Translations under genes and position numbers: made by a program
Notes under the pieces: model-generated
The model's database searches: none
Told to the model about the DNA's origin: nothing
Seen by the model: only the letters and a program-made list of their open reading frames with translations
Assembly (NCBI GenBank): GCA_951406725.2
Contig: OX597816.1
Location: 48,608,001 to 48,672,000, forward strand
Reading direction: 5' to 3'
Origin: Octopus vulgaris
Taxonomy: Eukaryota
DNA length: 64,000 nt
In this document: positions 62,249 to 64,000 of the stretch, one piece after another
Numbering within the stretch: position 1 is the stretch's first letter
Layout: each line of letters begins with the position of its first letter

Positions 62249-63001
62249 TTCTTTGCTATTTCTTGCAGGCAGAACGGCCTGTGCTGGGTGACAATAATCT
62301 CGACCAAATAGAATTTCGGAAAATAAACAAGAATTTCAGTAGTGTAGCGGGACTGTTTGCCGCCCGAGTCAGCCCTTTGGTGTGCCGCTCCCGCTTCTCA
62401 TTACAGGTAAATACGGCAGACATTGAAGTGCTGCTCTCATAGAAGTGACGCTCAGAGTAGACCACCTCCATGCCTTTTCCCTTCATAAGCTACGCTACAG
62501 CCGTAATCGAAAGAATAGATCGATGGAATAAAAAGGTTTTTTTTGTTTTTTTTTGAAAGAGTAAGTTTGATAATATTCCTTGAGCTAAATATTTATTCTC
62601 TATTTTTTTTGCTGAACTTTGATTTCGTCTCTGCTGATTGCCAAGTCAAACAATTACTCACTTTAGTTATTCTATTATGTGAAAGTCGAACAAATAGTCT
62701 GAATAAACATTGTGACTGCCATCGTAGCCGTTGTTTCCGTTGCAGCATTCGTTGTTCTATGCCAACCTTACTTCAGCACATCTTTGACCTCAAGACATCT
62801 GGGGTTTTTTTTCTTTTCTTTCTTTTTCTTTTTTAAGGAAGTGTTGAACTGCTTTGTCTTATGAATTCTTTCCACATTTAAAGCAGTATGGTGTTATTTG
62901 AAAGGAATTTGGTTGCTATTTCTAAATTGAGAAACGATGTTAGAAGCTATCTCGCTGGCAATGGAGGGATTTATCACTCTACATGTATGTTTGTATATAT
63001 G

Positions 63002-63220
63002 CTCTTTTACTTGTTTCAGTCATTTGATTGCGGCCATGCTGGAGCACCGCCTTTAGTCGAGCAAATCGACCCCAGGACTTATTCTTTGTAAGCCTAGTAC
63101 TTATTCTATCGGTCTCTTTTGCCGAACCGCTAAGTTACGGGGACGTAAACACACCAGCATCGGTTGTCAAGCGATGTTGGTGGGGGGGGGGGACAAACAC
63201 AGGCACACAAACACACACGG
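63002..63220 (-). mobile_element. Family A SINE, 3' half only
   Basis: Matches 14243-14445. Confidence 0.85.
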
Positions 63221-63866
63221 TCAGTTTGACTGCTATATTTAGCATGCCAGTACTGCTTGTTAGTACACTTAATTACTCATTGACAATTTTTTACCGTCAT
63301 GAGTTCATACGCATGTTAAGCCACTGATATTATAAACAACAATATCCTCATACACACACACACGTGCGCGCGCACACACACACACACACATATATTTATA
63401 TATATATAATAAAAAATGGGACAAGAACGCAAAACATCCAGACAACTACGTGATACAAAAAGGGACAACAAAACATCCAGATAGACGATACAAAAAACAC
63501 AAGGACAGGTCATTCAAAGCTTTCTATCCCCAGTCAAGAACCAGATCATCCTCGCAATTTTAATACTTTTGATATATATTTAAAATAATATAAATTAAAT
63601 TAATTTTATGTATTGGCTTATGTTTTTCATTGTTTGATTTGCCTAATAGTGGTTTTATCTCTAATTTAATATAATATAATATAATATATTTATACTATAA
63701 AATTGGATTTAATCCTAAATCTGATTTTTCCCTGTAAGTTTGGATTTATTCCCTAATATTTTATTATTAATTTATATATATATATATATATTCAATATGT
63801 GACAGCGTGTATCGTTGACAATTTTTTTCCTCCGTCTTCCCTTCCTTGGATCTTTCCCTTTTCTAT

Positions 63867-63901
63867 GTTTCTGACGAAGAGCTCCGCTCGAAACGTTAAA
63901 T
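63867..63901 (+). ncRNA. Minimal type-I hammerhead ribozyme motif in a pyrimidine-rich (Penelope pLTR-like) repeat
   Basis: GUUU-CUGACGA-A-GAGC-ucc-GCUC-GAAA-CG-U-U-AAAU: intact core, 4-bp stem II, weak 4-bp stem I, AACGUU palindrome. Confidence 0.7.
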
Positions 63902-64000
63902 CCTTCTTCTTTCTTTCCTTTCCTGAGCGTCCAGTAACACTATACTTGTTCCACGTCCCCGCGTTGTTGTGTTTTCTTTTAGTGTTTTCATGTTTGGATT

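Overview
AT-rich, microsatellite-rich eukaryotic DNA. The repeat repertoire (tRNA-headed SINE families, RTE/CR1/Tx1/R4-Dong/CRE non-LTR fragments, Tc1/mariner remnants) resembles an octopus/coleoid cephalopod genome; this is an inference from repeat recognition, not a database result. One host gene is supported: the last three coding exons (15801-16566, 18403-18828, 36921-37081, + strand, splice phases consistent) of a DAZAP1/Hrb27C-like RRM protein with polyglutamine tracts, ending GYHPYRR*. Nearly all other ORFs in the track are repeat-derived. The most interesting signal is a set of minimal type-I hammerhead-ribozyme folds in three unrelated repeats, sharing one signature (extra purine after the core, palindromic vestigial helix III, U at position 17). 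One sits downstream of a tRNA-derived Pol III head in a SINE-like insertion (48866-49146). One is in a pyrimidine-rich repeat (63867-63901). One has a G3:C8-swapped core inside an inverted duplication (9926-9976, minus strand). Other points of note are several long inverted repeats in the introns, a 73-bp satellite packed with TTC-N3-GAA motifs, a tandem splice donor that would delete the C-terminal PY-NLS, and an apparent change in CpG decay near the 3' end of the gene.
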